From Lytechinus pictus (Eukaryota), in the NCBI RefSeq assembly GCF_037042905.1, contig NC_087245.1, positions 8,558,001 through 8,622,000 on the forward strand: a DNA stretch of 64,000 bases, written 5' to 3'. The notes below the pieces were generated by a model. That model was not told the DNA's origin, made no database searches, and worked only from the letters and a program-made list of their open reading frames with translations. Positions 51,124 through 62,759 of the stretch are shown one piece after another (position 1 is the stretch's first letter; the number at the start of each line of letters is the position of its first letter). The translations under genes were made by a program, and so were the position numbers.

Positions 51124-52017
51124 GTACATACCAAAAAGTCAAAATAGTCAAGGAAAAAAAGGATCCGCTTCATTGTAAATTCTAAAGAAATACTGAGACA
51201 TAATTTGTACTCATTTTTCTTTGTTTGAATAAATATTTTGTTTACTATTTACCCTACCTGATATGAATACAATTCAAAATGCCAATCAACACAATACAAC
51301 AATCTTGGAAGTGGTATCGGTACACCATGTGGTGCATCCTGAGACTTAGAAAAGTGGATAGTTCGAAGTGAAATGAAGAGGTGAGAAAGTGGAAGGTTGG
51401 AAGGTAGGGTACTCTTTTTGAAATGGTTAAGTCCTTAAAAGGATTGTGAACCCAAAAATTTGAGAGGGCTTGACTAGATGGAGAGATGAGAGATTGCTGG
51501 TTTGAGTCAGCGAGACGAGCAAGAGAAAAGTTTTGGGCAGGTTGACTGTTCGTATTTCAACAGTTGAGTCTTCTCTCCTGCTCTACAACTCCTCTCACTG
51601 AAACAAGCCAGCCTTCTCTTATCTCTCCAAGCCAAAGCCACTTAATAATAATAATAGCTAGATTTAAATAGCATTTTTTGCCCTAGGATACAAAGCGCTG
51701 CTATTATTACCCCGGCTTTAGTGGCACTGCCAATATAGAGAGCACAGCCATTTTCAGGACTAAACTCATTTCAGAAAATAATACCTGGTACTCTACCTTG
51801 CAACCTTCAACTTTCTGACCTTTCCATTTTATTTCTACCACAACCCACTTTTATTTATCCTTCCAGGTCTCACCAGATGGTAAACTGTAAACCACTTTTT
51901 TTCCATACCACCATGCAAACCTTCAAACATCATCACAGTAAAACAACACCAAGAAGAAAGGAAAGGAGATCACCCTAGGAGTAAAGAGCAAGGAATAGAT
52001 TGCTTTGGAAAGGATAT
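51124..52017 (-). other. U12-type (minor spliceosome) AT-AC intron
   Basis: 5' ATATCCTTT; branch point TCCTTGAC (51147-51154); 3' terminal TAC. Splicing gives in-frame ...KDQEL-EVEKF... Confidence 0.9.
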
Positions 52018-52126
52018 AGTTCCTGGTCTTTCTTCCCAAGCTTGTTGAGTTCTTCATCAGACATCTTGCTTTTGAGGTTCATAAGTGGTTGAACCTTGTT
52101 CTCAAAATTGGTCTGCCAATTATCAA
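52018..52126 (-). CDS. SRRT: SRRT exon upstream of the AT-AC intron
   Basis: DNWQTNFENKVQPLM...LGKKDQEL; ends at the U12-type donor ATATCCTTT. Confidence 0.9.
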
Positions 52127-52704
52127 CTGAAAAGAGAAATAATAACAAAGGGGTGTTCTTTCTACTTTTGTTACATTTTCACCCTTGATAACAATAAAAA
52201 TATTTGAACCATTTTCACCCATATAAGCATACTTCAACATGTTTGAAGTTGATCTATAAACTAATCTTTAGTAATCAACAACAAAAAGAGAGAAAGGAGC
52301 AATGACCCAAAACATAACGCCTCACGTAACAACATATGATGGATGTAGCAATAAAATTGAAATTCAGAATCAAGTCTAGATCACATTAGCCTATAATCTA
52401 GGTGGAGGCTGCAATTATTGAAATTGCTGTCTAATTTACACATAGGCAATACATCTGATACTGTGAGATCACAACCTATTCCCTCTTGTCTTACTTTAGT
52501 CATGATTATATTAAAATGAACTTTGATTCAGTGCGATTATCGTACAAAAAAAGCATACATAGGCTAAGAATACATTAGCACTATTATTTTCGAATACTTT
52601 CAAATGCATATTTAACATATATCTAAATGTGCTGGTAAAAAAAAAAAAAAAAACTCCTTTGTACTCTTTGTTCACAAATGATTTGCCAGTAGCCAAGTCC
52701 GATA

Positions 52705-53129
52705 GGCCCGAATTCACAAAGGTGGTTTTGAAAACCCACGGTTAAATCCATGGTTTATGCAGATTTCCTGTATAAATTACGCTTAATTTAGCGCGTATCG
52801 GGCGCATGTATAAAACATGTCCTATGCTGATGCGCGCTTTTGTCACAGTGCGCCAAATTGACGCCTGTTACCATGGTTAGATACGCTATTTAATTCATGA
52901 GTCCACTGTTTGAAGAGTGGACTCATGAATAAAAACCGTGGATTCATGAATAAAATAGCGTGGATAACCACGGCAACAGGCGTCAATTTGGCGCACTATG
53001 ACAAAAGCGTGCATCAGCATTGGACATGTTTTAATATACGCGGTAAAATAAGCGTAATGTATACAGGAAATATGCATAAACCATGGACTCAACCGTGGGT
53101 TTTAAACACCACCTTTGTGAATTCGGGCC
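52705..53129. mobile_element. PIF/Harbinger-like palindromic MITE
   Basis: TIR GGCCCGAATTCACAAAGGTGG; 3-bp TSD ATA; arms meet at ~52912. Confidence 0.85.
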
Positions 53130-53298
53130 ATAATGTCCCAATACCCTAAAATACAATTCATAGTGAGACTACTCCCTCCTATGTCAGATTCTGAATCCAC
53201 AATGTAAGGGCTCGTTGGATCCAAAGGCCACAGGGTGGGTACTGTTCTGTGCAATATTCAATCTTCAAATGAGCTTGAACTTGCGGCTGGAAACTTAC

Positions 53299-53452
53299 GA
53301 TCTCTTTGAGAGAGGCGATTGGGTGGATTCTGTCCTCTACAATGCATGATACCACACCTATTAGGCATCTCATCTTCTATCTTGTACATGGATGCATTGT
53401 AGTAATCCAGTGAATGCACCACTCGAAGATACAACAACAGACGATCAAGAAC
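53299..53452 (-). CDS. SRRT: SRRT exon
   Basis: [19 protein letters not shown]...[17 protein letters not shown] and GTAAGT. Confidence 0.95.
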
Positions 53453-53866
53453 CTAAAATTAAAAACAATTAGGATAAACGAGTAGAAATATACGCAGAGG
53501 TTACTCTGGTAACATAATTATCTATTGCAAGAAGACAAAATGAAATTGTTCTTCCCAATTCATCTTTACCAAATACGGACCCTACACCCAAGAATTTCAT
53601 TATGTCTAGTATAACAGCTTTTGTTAATGAAGACTATCCTCTCTGACAACCTAAGAATTACCTGTAAAAGAGCAAAGTATCTCTCTCTTACACTAAGCCA
53701 ATACAATACCTCATGTCTTTAATACCTAGCATATTATAAATCAAAAGAGGTTGAGGCATAACAATAGCCCCAGAGAGCCAAAAGGACAAGAATACTACGT
53801 AAAATACAAAGGAAAAAAACTGGTTGATATGTCACTTCCTTCTATTAGCACTGTAGGAAATCATAC

Positions 53867-54052
53867 CTTGCATAGAAGATCATCTTTCTCAAAGGAAATA
53901 TCCCCCATCTCTTGACCCTCTTCCTGTCCATCAGCCTTCATTCCAAGCAGTACCTCTTCCTCAGCACTCAATTCCTCTACAAGGTAATCTGTGATGTTCT
54001 CAAGGATTGGATTCCTTGCTGGCAATGGTTCTTTGGGTTCCTCTTCAGGTGT
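53867..54052 (-). CDS. SRRT: SRRT exon
   Basis: ...NPILENITDYLVEELSAEEEVLLG...; AG and GTATG. Confidence 0.93.
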
Positions 54053-54370
54053 CTGGGGGAATCATAAATATTTCAATTATAGTACTTGCAGTAACTCTCC
54101 TTTAAGAGTATTTTGTAAGACGACAAATTCAAAGTGAAAAGCATAGAATTAAATTTTTTTTCAATGTCAAAGTTATATCCAGGAGAAAGTTACATGCAGT
54201 GCTGGTCTACATCTATACTATTCAGAAATTATCCAAAAACAAAAGAGCAGGAATGTTAATTTACATGAGTGGAAGATCATTCAAGCTGCATAAATAGAAT
54301 TCCACCCCCCCCCAAAAAAAAAAAAAAAATCCCTCATGGTTTAAGTGTAGGAAGCAAGTATGGCAAGTTC

Positions 54371-54815
54371 CCCCAAGTCTGCGCAGTCCCCCTTGTCTGC
54401 GCACTTGCGTATCTGCGCGATTCTAGTAAAAGAAGATACGCAACGAACACAGACTTTACACATGCAATACATAGACAGGTATTCATAAAAAAATCCGACT
54501 CAAAATAGTGGAAAAATAATGAACTTAGGGCATTTCATGTGACAGCCTCAAAATGCAGCCTTTCTCATCAAAATCCCTGAATCGTGTGCAAAGTGAATGA
54601 GTGCGCAGACATAGGGTACCATTTTTTTTTCAATCTGAAAATGACTGCCCGAGGTTTTTTCAAGAAAATCCTATATTTTCTTTCATTTTTCAATGAGAAA
54701 TTTGGTACACTTACTCATAATAATATAAGGAACATTATTAACTGAAAGATTTTGTGAAATAAGAAGGTATTCATGTTAAATCTTAACTCAAATTGTTAGG
54801 TGCGCAGACTTGGGG
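54371..54815. mobile_element. MITE
   Basis: TIR CCCCAAGTCTGCGCA/TGCGCAGACTTGGGG; internal TCTGCGCA repeats. Confidence 0.65.
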
Positions 54816-54955
54816 CCCACCATCATACACTACCTTTTCTCGAGATTTCATCCAAAACAAGGAACAATGTTGTAGTATAAATACTAAATATTCATTCATT
54901 AACTAACATATCCTTTACAAGAAGCAGAAGTGTTTCTACTTGATTTGAAACTTAC

Positions 54956-55315
54956 AGTTTCTTCTTTCTCTTCAATGCTTCCCTCTTCAGTTTTTTCTGT
55001 CTTTTCTGTCTTTTCTGTTTTTTCTCCTTTATCTCCATCAGCTGCTGCTGCGGCAGCTGCAGCCTCTGCTTTCTTTTTCTCCTTTTCCTCCTGCTCTTTC
55101 TTCTTCCTTTTCTCATTCTTCTCTTTCCATTTTTTCAGATCCCATCCAGGCTCGCCAGTGAAGAGCTCATGTTTCTGATCCATGAGCTGAACAAGGCGTG
55201 CTGCCAATTTAAGATCAGATTTGACAATGTTCTTGTGTGCGGCAATGCCACTAACAGCACGGATACGGTGGGCCAAGTCTCGGTTGACTACAGGGCTCAG
55301 TTCACATTCTCTTAG
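54956..55315 (-). CDS. SRRT: SRRT exon
   Basis: LRECELSPVVNRDLAHRIRAVSGIAAHKNIVKSDLKLAARLVQLMD...; GTAAGT donor. Confidence 0.93.
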
Positions 55316-55384
55316 CTAGGAGAGGAAAGAGAATAAACAGTGTTAAAATAAGTCTTGAATATACAGGAGAAGCAGAAAGCAGCA

Positions 55385-55590
55385 CTCGCATCCTTTGGCA
55401 AGGCATTTATCTACATTTGCCACTCTCCACCCAGGTGTAGTAAATGGGTACCCGGTAGGAAGGAATTCCTTGAATGCTCGAGCGTCCGATCAGGATAGCC
55501 GTACTAAAGCTGGGGTAATAGTATGCAGCGCTTAGAGACAAATTTCATTTGTATTAAGCGCTATATAAATGTCGCATATTATTATTATTA
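55385..55590 (+). mobile_element. 5'-truncated SINE
   Basis: Core shared with the SINEs at 3649 and 7971; (ATT)n tail. Confidence 0.75.
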
Positions 55591-55835
55591 AAGTCACATG
55601 AAAGGAGGGGAAGGGGGGGGGGGGGAATACACAAACTTTCCTGCATTTATCTTTAAAAATATGACTGCCATTTAATCCAGTCCACACTTATTTCTACACA
55701 CATTTGCATTCTCACATTTTTCTTTTTTATATTGTCAATCACTCAGACATTAAAAATATCAGAATGAAGTTGTTGAAAGAAACCTAAGGCCATTATCTGC
55801 TCTTCCTATTTTATTTTCAAATCTCGTTTACTTAC

Positions 55836-55976
55836 CCTAATACTACTAAGGTTCCAACAGATTTCCTTGATATTGACTGTCCTGTCGAAGGTAACCCATC
55901 CATGACGCTGAAAGTTTCTATCACGCTGAGGATCAGCTAGGGCAACTCTCATGAATCCCTTGTATCGCTTACAAAG
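55836..55976 (-). CDS. SRRT: SRRT exon (RRM)
   Basis: [47 protein letters not shown]. Confidence 0.95.
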
Positions 55977-56291
55977 CTGTAGAAAACATTCAATGAATGA
56001 GTTATTGATGTGTCAATCAACATTGGTAATACAATGATTTGTGTGGGCTACAAAAAATATGGAAAATGAGATAGTGAAAATTTAAAGAAATTGGACATGA
56101 AATAAGCAAGACAATTGGCAAATTGTTAGGAAACTGTGGTTTCAGGGGTGGTGGTTTGGGATGTAAAAACTAGTAATCTTGTTTATTCAACCCGTTCCCC
56201 TTTACAATACTTGGTCCTGATGGTCTTAGTCTTATGATGCACATGCTCAAAACTCTGTTGAATGTATGATGCTAACATCCTAAGAACTCAC

Positions 56292-56515
56292 CGAAACTAT
56301 CTCCTCCTTCTTTATAATGGGAGCAACATTCCTGATGAAAATAGAGTAGGTCTTATGAAGTGCTCTGGGTTTAGGTTCATCTGGATCTTTCATTTCTTCT
56401 TCACCTTCTTCCCCCTTCTCTCCTTCTTCTCCTTCCTCTCCTTCTTCCTTTGCTTCTCCTTCTTCAAGCTTGTTATCACTCTCTGATGCACCCTTCTCAC
56501 CACTGCTCTCTAAGC
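56292..56515 (-). CDS. SRRT: SRRT exon (start of RRM)
   Basis: ...EPKPRALHKTYSIFIRNVAPIIKKEEIVS is the start of the Ars2 RRM; AG and GTGAG. Confidence 0.92.
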
Positions 56516-56538
56516 CTGGAGGAAAATAACATCCGAAC

Positions 56539-57053
56539 CAGGGTTGGGCTCAATTACTTTCTTCAATTACATATACATTTATGTAATTGAAGAAATGTTC
56601 AATTACAATTACTTTTCAATTAAATAACTTTTTTTTCAATTACAATTACCAATTACTTTTGTCAATTACAATTTCAATTACTTTCTATAAAAGTCATAAA
56701 TGAAATGAATTTGTATTCTGTATGTACAAGCACCAACTATTTCAACAAAATTCTAAGTTCTAGAGAAACTGACAAGATGAAGGTTTATGTTAAATGGCAC
56801 TGATTCTGCCTATTACACTCTTTGATGCTGAAGCAGTTGACATGAAAAAGGTTATGAAATTAAATCACAAATAAGTTTATTGTAAAGTAACTGAATGCGA
56901 TTAAAAGTAATTTGTAGTAATTGAAGTCAATTACATTTTTTTCAATTACAATTACTTTCCCTTTCAAAATTTCACATACAATTACAATTACTCAAAAAAA
57001 AATGTAATTAATCATGCAATTGATCAATTACCTTGTAATTGAGCCCAACCCTG
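56539..57053. mobile_element. hAT MITE with AATTAC subterminal repeats
   Basis: TIR CAGGGTTGGGCTCAATTAC; 8-bp TSD ATC(C/A)GAAC. Confidence 0.85.
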
Positions 57054-57526
57054 ATCAGAACATAGTTTCAAAAATAAAATTCTTTTGTAAGTAATCATGC
57101 AATACATCAAATGTATATCATTTGAACAACATCAAATTTCAATACATAAAACTCAGTTGGAAAAATCTCCAATTTGTATAATTAGCCAAACACTTTAAAT
57201 ATCATATCACATCAAAAAGAATAATTTGCTAATTGATACCTCAATTTTAAATCAAAATCTGAAAAATGTGTCACTTCAAAAACTGGCATTGACTAACCTT
57301 ATCATGAATAGAAGTAGAAGAATATACTCAAGTAATTTTATAGCTAGGTAGAATATTTTTTAAAAAGCACACTGAGCTTGCGGGTCAGATAATCGTATCA
57401 TGTATTTTCATCTTGACATTCTGAGCACATACATATTCAAGTCAAAATCAATAAAAGACATAAGAGTTTAAGCTTTTTCTAACAAACAAACAACGGGAAA
57501 TGTGGTGAAAATGAGCAAATGCTTAC

Positions 57527-57701
57527 CAGGAGGAGCTGGTTCTGGTTCTAGCATTCCTTGTTCATGTCCTGATTCATCTGATTCACTATCACTCCCTGAA
57601 CTGCTACTAATATCACTCTCACTATCACTGTAATCTGGCTCTCGATGCTTGCGCTTCTTGCCTCGCTTTCTTTTCTTACCTTGTCGGCCCACCTCTCCAT
57701 T
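57527..57701 (-). CDS. SRRT: SRRT exon (basic NLS-like segment plus Ser/Asp tract)
   Basis: NGEVGRQGKKRKRGKKRKHREPDYSDSESD...; AG and GTAAG. Confidence 0.87.
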
Positions 57702-58025
57702 CTGTAAAATATAACATCAAAATTGCCAATTAAACAAGATTTGTTGTCCATAAAACTGATTTATGCAGCTGCATACTTAATACATTTTGAAAATTTAACT
57801 CATTACATTGCATTTCCATAGCTAAATCAGATTACTCTCAGACATCAAGAACAATCTTTGCTTTAAAATAACCGGAAATGGTTCTACTGGGTAGTGTCAA
57901 ATAAACATCCCTGAACACTCTTAATCAGAACTAATTACAGCAAAATTGTACAAACTTTATCATTACTTTTTCATCTCTAAAGAATATAAATATCAAAATA
58001 AATGTGATACCAATAAGCATCTTAC

Positions 58026-58109
58026 CTTTTCCTCATCACCGTCTTCCTTCTTTTCATCATCCTGGGGTGGTGGAGGGATTGGATCTGGCAGGGACAACTT
58101 GCTGTCATC
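58026..58109 (-). CDS. SRRT: SRRT exon (acidic/proline linker)
   Basis: DDSKLSLPDPIPPPPQDDEKKEDGDEEK; 84 nt, phase 0/0; AG and GTAAG. Confidence 0.8.
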
Positions 58110-58506
58110 CTAGAAATAAACAACAAAATCAACAATTAAAAGCTACAGGCATCAATCTCCAATTACTTTTTGGGGTAGAAGTATAAGCCGAAGGATAGCC
58201 TATTTCAGCCAGCTCAGGATTTAAACAAATTAGTGCTGTATACACAAGCTATATTTCTTGGATAGAGATTTAGTAAGAGATGAGAAAGTTCGACAATGTG
58301 CAGTTTCCCAAAGCCTACATGTACATTTAAATATTTTTAGGGCAAAGTCATTTTTCTATATTCCTGAAAAAATTTCAATGGGACACCAGGCTTTTCAAAT
58401 GCCATCGAGAGGAACATTATAGCAAAGACTTGGATGGGCTTGGATCAATTCGGGCCCTGTTTTCACAAAATAAAAATACTGATAAAGTTATTCTGATAGT
58501 ACTTAC

Positions 58507-58648
58507 ATCTTTAGGTGGTGGTGGAACAGGTTCATCATCAGTGGATTTGTCAACTATCTCACCATCTCCTTCCATCTTATCTTTCTTATCATCATCATCA
58601 TCTCTCTCTTCACCTTCTTCTCCTTCTTCTTTCTTGTCATCTTGGTGT
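58507..58648 (-). CDS. SRRT: SRRT exon (acidic linker)
   Basis: HQDDKKEEGEEGEERDDDD...PVPPPPKD; phase-compatible AG and GTAAGT. Confidence 0.85.
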
Positions 58649-59142
58649 CTAATATAAAATAAATCATAATGCAAATCAGGACAATGCTCATAATTTGATT
58701 GATTTCTTATTTCTGATGACTCTTCAGTACGGAAAAAAACATTGCATACATAAATAAGGCCCCAAATACAAACAGAATGTCACAGGAAAAGAGAGATATA
58801 ATATGATGAAATTCTTCTTACTTTGAATTTAAAATTGCAATTTTTTTCCACCTCATACCTATAAAACATGAAAGACAACTAATATCAAATTAATGACAGA
58901 CAGCATTTGAATTTCTCTTTGCAAACCATTAAGCTTCATAACACAGCACTCTTTATATGTTGAGCTCATAATTTTCACTAGACACCAAAGAATGAAATTA
59001 ACTATTCCTTTATAAAATGTTCATGTCAACTGATTTCTGTATTGCTTTATCAAAACAGTTGAATTTTTCAAGAAAGGTATGAAGTCAAGACCAATGTTTC
59101 CATCTGAACATTAACTATAATGAAGACATATATTCAACTTAC

Positions 59143-59269
59143 TTATCATCTCCTTTGTTGCTCCGTTGAGACTCTGACATAGTACGGTCTCTATCAAAGG
59201 ATCTTACTGGCTCTGGTTGATCTAGGATGGTGAGGTCGAAATCATTACCTCCTTCCAATCTTATCACAA
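59143..59269 (-). CDS. SRRT: SRRT exon
   Basis: VVIRLEGGNDFDLTILD; AG and GTAAGT boundaries. Confidence 0.92.
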
Positions 59270-59802
59270 CTGAAAGGAATATAACAAGAAACATTTGAGT
59301 TTTTTATGCAACATTTATGACCATAACTGAGGGGAGTGGGTGAAAAAATAATCAAAGAAATTTCCGGCATTTTGCTGACTAATAATTCTATTTATTAGAT
59401 ATAATTATTTTCAGCCTGGAGTACATCTGTTGGACTCAGCAAGAAGAATAAACAGCAAAGAAAAAACGAAAATTAAAAAAAGGTTTCCAAAAAATAAAGG
59501 ACCATACGAAAGTACATAAGAGTTGTGACAAAGCAAAGGGAAAAGAAAATATTTTATCAAACACCAGGCGGATGTTTCATAAAAGTTGTCAGAGCGTACA
59601 ATTTTAGTGAAATACTTGGTTTTGATTGGCTGAAAGGCACTGGCCTCTGACTGTTACTATGGTAACTGTCGGAGAACGACAACTTGTCAGTGCTGTGACA
59701 GAGTAAAGGAAAAAGAAAAAATTTTGTGAAACACCAGTTGTCAGTTCAGACCCCCTGAATACTGTTGCACATCTAACAGAAGAATGTAATGTCATCTTAT
59801 AC

Positions 59803-59972
59803 CTGCATCCAAAAGACGAGTGACTCCTTCTGATTTATCAGCCTGAAGGGTAACCTTGTTGACTTCACCCCTGTCCAACATCTCCAGAAAGACTCTTAGA
59901 CGTCTGTCAATGCCCTCTTCAACATCGGCCTGCTCCCGCTCACAATCATCAGGGTAATACTTTGCACGAAAC
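59803..59972 (-). CDS. SRRT: SRRT exon
   Basis: FRAKYYPD...RRLRVFLEMLD...VTRLLDA; AG/GT boundaries in frame. Confidence 0.92.
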
Positions 59973-62459
59973 CTGTATGTTTAGAAAATGAATAATCATA
60001 AGGATTAGTACCTCAAAGACACATGTAAATGGACCTGAAGATAGAAGAAACAGTGATATTTAACCAACAATTTTCTTCTTTTTTGAAAAAATTGCATCCT
60101 AAAAATGGCACTAAACAAAGACATGCTCAAATCAACCTAGAATTAGTGCTATTCATTTATATCAGAAAATAATAATATGAGTACAGGTTTGAATTGTTTC
60201 TATCTGCACAGAATAGGGTCTGTTAAAATTTTGACCATGTCATCATTATTCAGCAGCATTTTTGGATATTTTGCAACCAAAAAGCTTTGTGAAAAGATTG
60301 AGGACATTAAAGACTCATTCAGACACACTGCAACAAAGCTCAACAAACAGTTTTAGAGTGTTCATACATGGTAAGAAAAATAACTTGATTTAAATGAATT
60401 TGCATTATATGCTATGATTTTAAAAGTCTGTCGAAAATCAAACTCATGATATTGTCATAATCTTGTGTCTTACGAGTTTTGCTTTCTACATGATGAGTCT
60501 GTCGCTTTGTAACATCATGGCTGAATGAGCTTAAACAAAAATAATCAGCACGGTATCTTTTACTTTCTGATAGGATACAACAGTGTATTAATTGAATTTA
60601 CAAATATCATTTTCAACACACATCAATGTTTGCTCTTATAGAATGAATAAAATATATACTAGTATTTTTCAAATATACCATCATTTGAAAAAAAATATAT
60701 GACAAGTCTTCCTGGAGAAATAGTAATAAAAAAGACATCATTTTTTCCTGGCTTTAGAAAAAGTGTTTCCCCCTAAATGATATTAACCCCAACCTTTCGG
60801 AAGACATTACTTGGTTTGAAATACATGTACAGATATATTCTATAAAGGTCGGTATGAAATAGTCATTACAGTGTAGAGGTCAAGAAAAAACTAGGTCCAC
60901 TAGGTCTCAAGTCAAAAATCTAAAAGATGAACTAAAATCTACTACATATGTCATCGCACAGGGACAGCTATTGTCACCCCATAGCATTGCTTGCTTGATG
61001 AATGTAATGTCCCTTGTGTATAAAGCTCTAATTCCCAAAGGATTAAAACCCCAAGTTCATTCAAGGTTCACTTTGCAGCTTAAATTAAACCATTGTGATG
61101 ATCAAACCTTATGCTTTCCTCCACCAGCATCCCCATCTCTGGCAAATCCACAGCCCACTACATGACTCACAGAATCGATTTTTCTGAAATTAAAAGAAAA
61201 CACACCACCATGCCGGAGTTCACATGAACCCTCTCCCAGAAGCTGGCCTGACGTCGTTTTATTCACACTCCTGTTGAACATTCTACGGTGTCTAATATCA
61301 TGGTAGGATATAACAATATAAACGATGTCGCTAACGCAGATATCATGTTGTCTCATGGCAACGTCGATGGTGACTAAACATTTCAGACGGAACCATAACG
61401 CGGTGTGATTCTATGCAACTATGAATGGGTAGTACGCGTTAAATAGTAGAAGTAGGGGTAGTACGCGTATTGTAGAAGAGTAGTACACATATGAGTAGAA
61501 GCCACGATCCACTGCATTGTTTCACAGTGGTGGCTCAAAGCAGATAAATAGAAAGCATAAGACGTGGGTCGTACAAGGAGCCATATCTATAAACGTATCC
61601 AGACAAACGAATGGTTCTTCCTTTTTTTTTGCTGTGGAGTATGAGGGTTAGACATCATAACAAATAATCTATTTTTGTTTTTATAACATTAAAGTTCTGA
61701 TTCCAATCATATCGACATTTCTTTACATTATCTGAATAATCAATAAATTAAAATATAATAAGACAGTTAACTGTAGCTAATTCAGCATGATATTCATCAT
61801 ATATTTTTCTCCCTATCAATCATCACTATCTCTTCATGGACATGCAATTTTCATTCATTTTATGTAATTTCAGTACGTAAATAAATAAATTGGTTGGCAT
61901 TATTAAGAGGGTCCCTCTTGTGAATTACTAACACAAACTCTACCACAGAAACATGCATACACAGGAATTGTTTGGGAGCAATTAATATTTCCTATATGGG
62001 GCTAATTTTTCATGGTATTGTTCAACACAAAATGCTATTTTTCTTGAGCCTTACGGGTCCTAGCTTGCATCTTAATAGGCTAGTTTGGAATTTCACAAGC
62101 AAAATTGCCCTTAGCCCAATGTATATTTTTCCACTAAAAATAAAACCTGATATATTCAAGGTCCATGTATTTTGTTTTCTAATTAAACATCTGAAATGCT
62201 GACATACACATTTGGGAATACAACAATGCAAAATGCATTACATTGCATTACCTGGAATGTTGGCATCATCAAAATCACACCATAATCAAAACATAATGAA
62301 TGTTTGATCAGTAGCACTTATCCTTACATGTTTAAATTAACAAATGAATACACACTGATATTTCTGCCTAAAGAGCGATTAACCCTACACCTAATAACTC
62401 ACTGCGCTAAAGCATAATATATTATATCAATATCTATTCATGGGACCAGCCTTACTCAC

Positions 62460-62657
62460 CATTCTTCATCCTTATGAGCCAAAAAGAACTCGCTAAGTTG
62501 GGCCTTGTGAAACTCCAGCTTGTAAGCGTTGTATTTCTTTACTGCCTCTTGGTCATCAATAGAGTCTTCTTGCTTGGCCAAGAACTGCTTAAAACTAAGC
62601 ATTTGATTGGAACTGCTCTCTCCTCGACCACCAGAGTCCCCTTCCATGCCATGGCTA
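62460..62657 (-). CDS. SRRT: Serrate RNA effector (Ars2) homolog, internal exon (upstream exons beyond the right edge)
   Basis: MLSFKQFLAKQEDSIDDQEAVKKYNAYKLEFHKAQLSEFFLAHKDEEW is the conserved Ars2 N-terminal region; GTGAG donor. Confidence 0.92.
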
Positions 62658-62759
62658 CTAGGAATGTTTGAACCATATTATAAAACATGTTCAGAATTAT
62701 GAATATATGCAGTTCTTTCAACTCACTCAATTAAAAAAAAAACAGGAAGGGGTAGTAAA

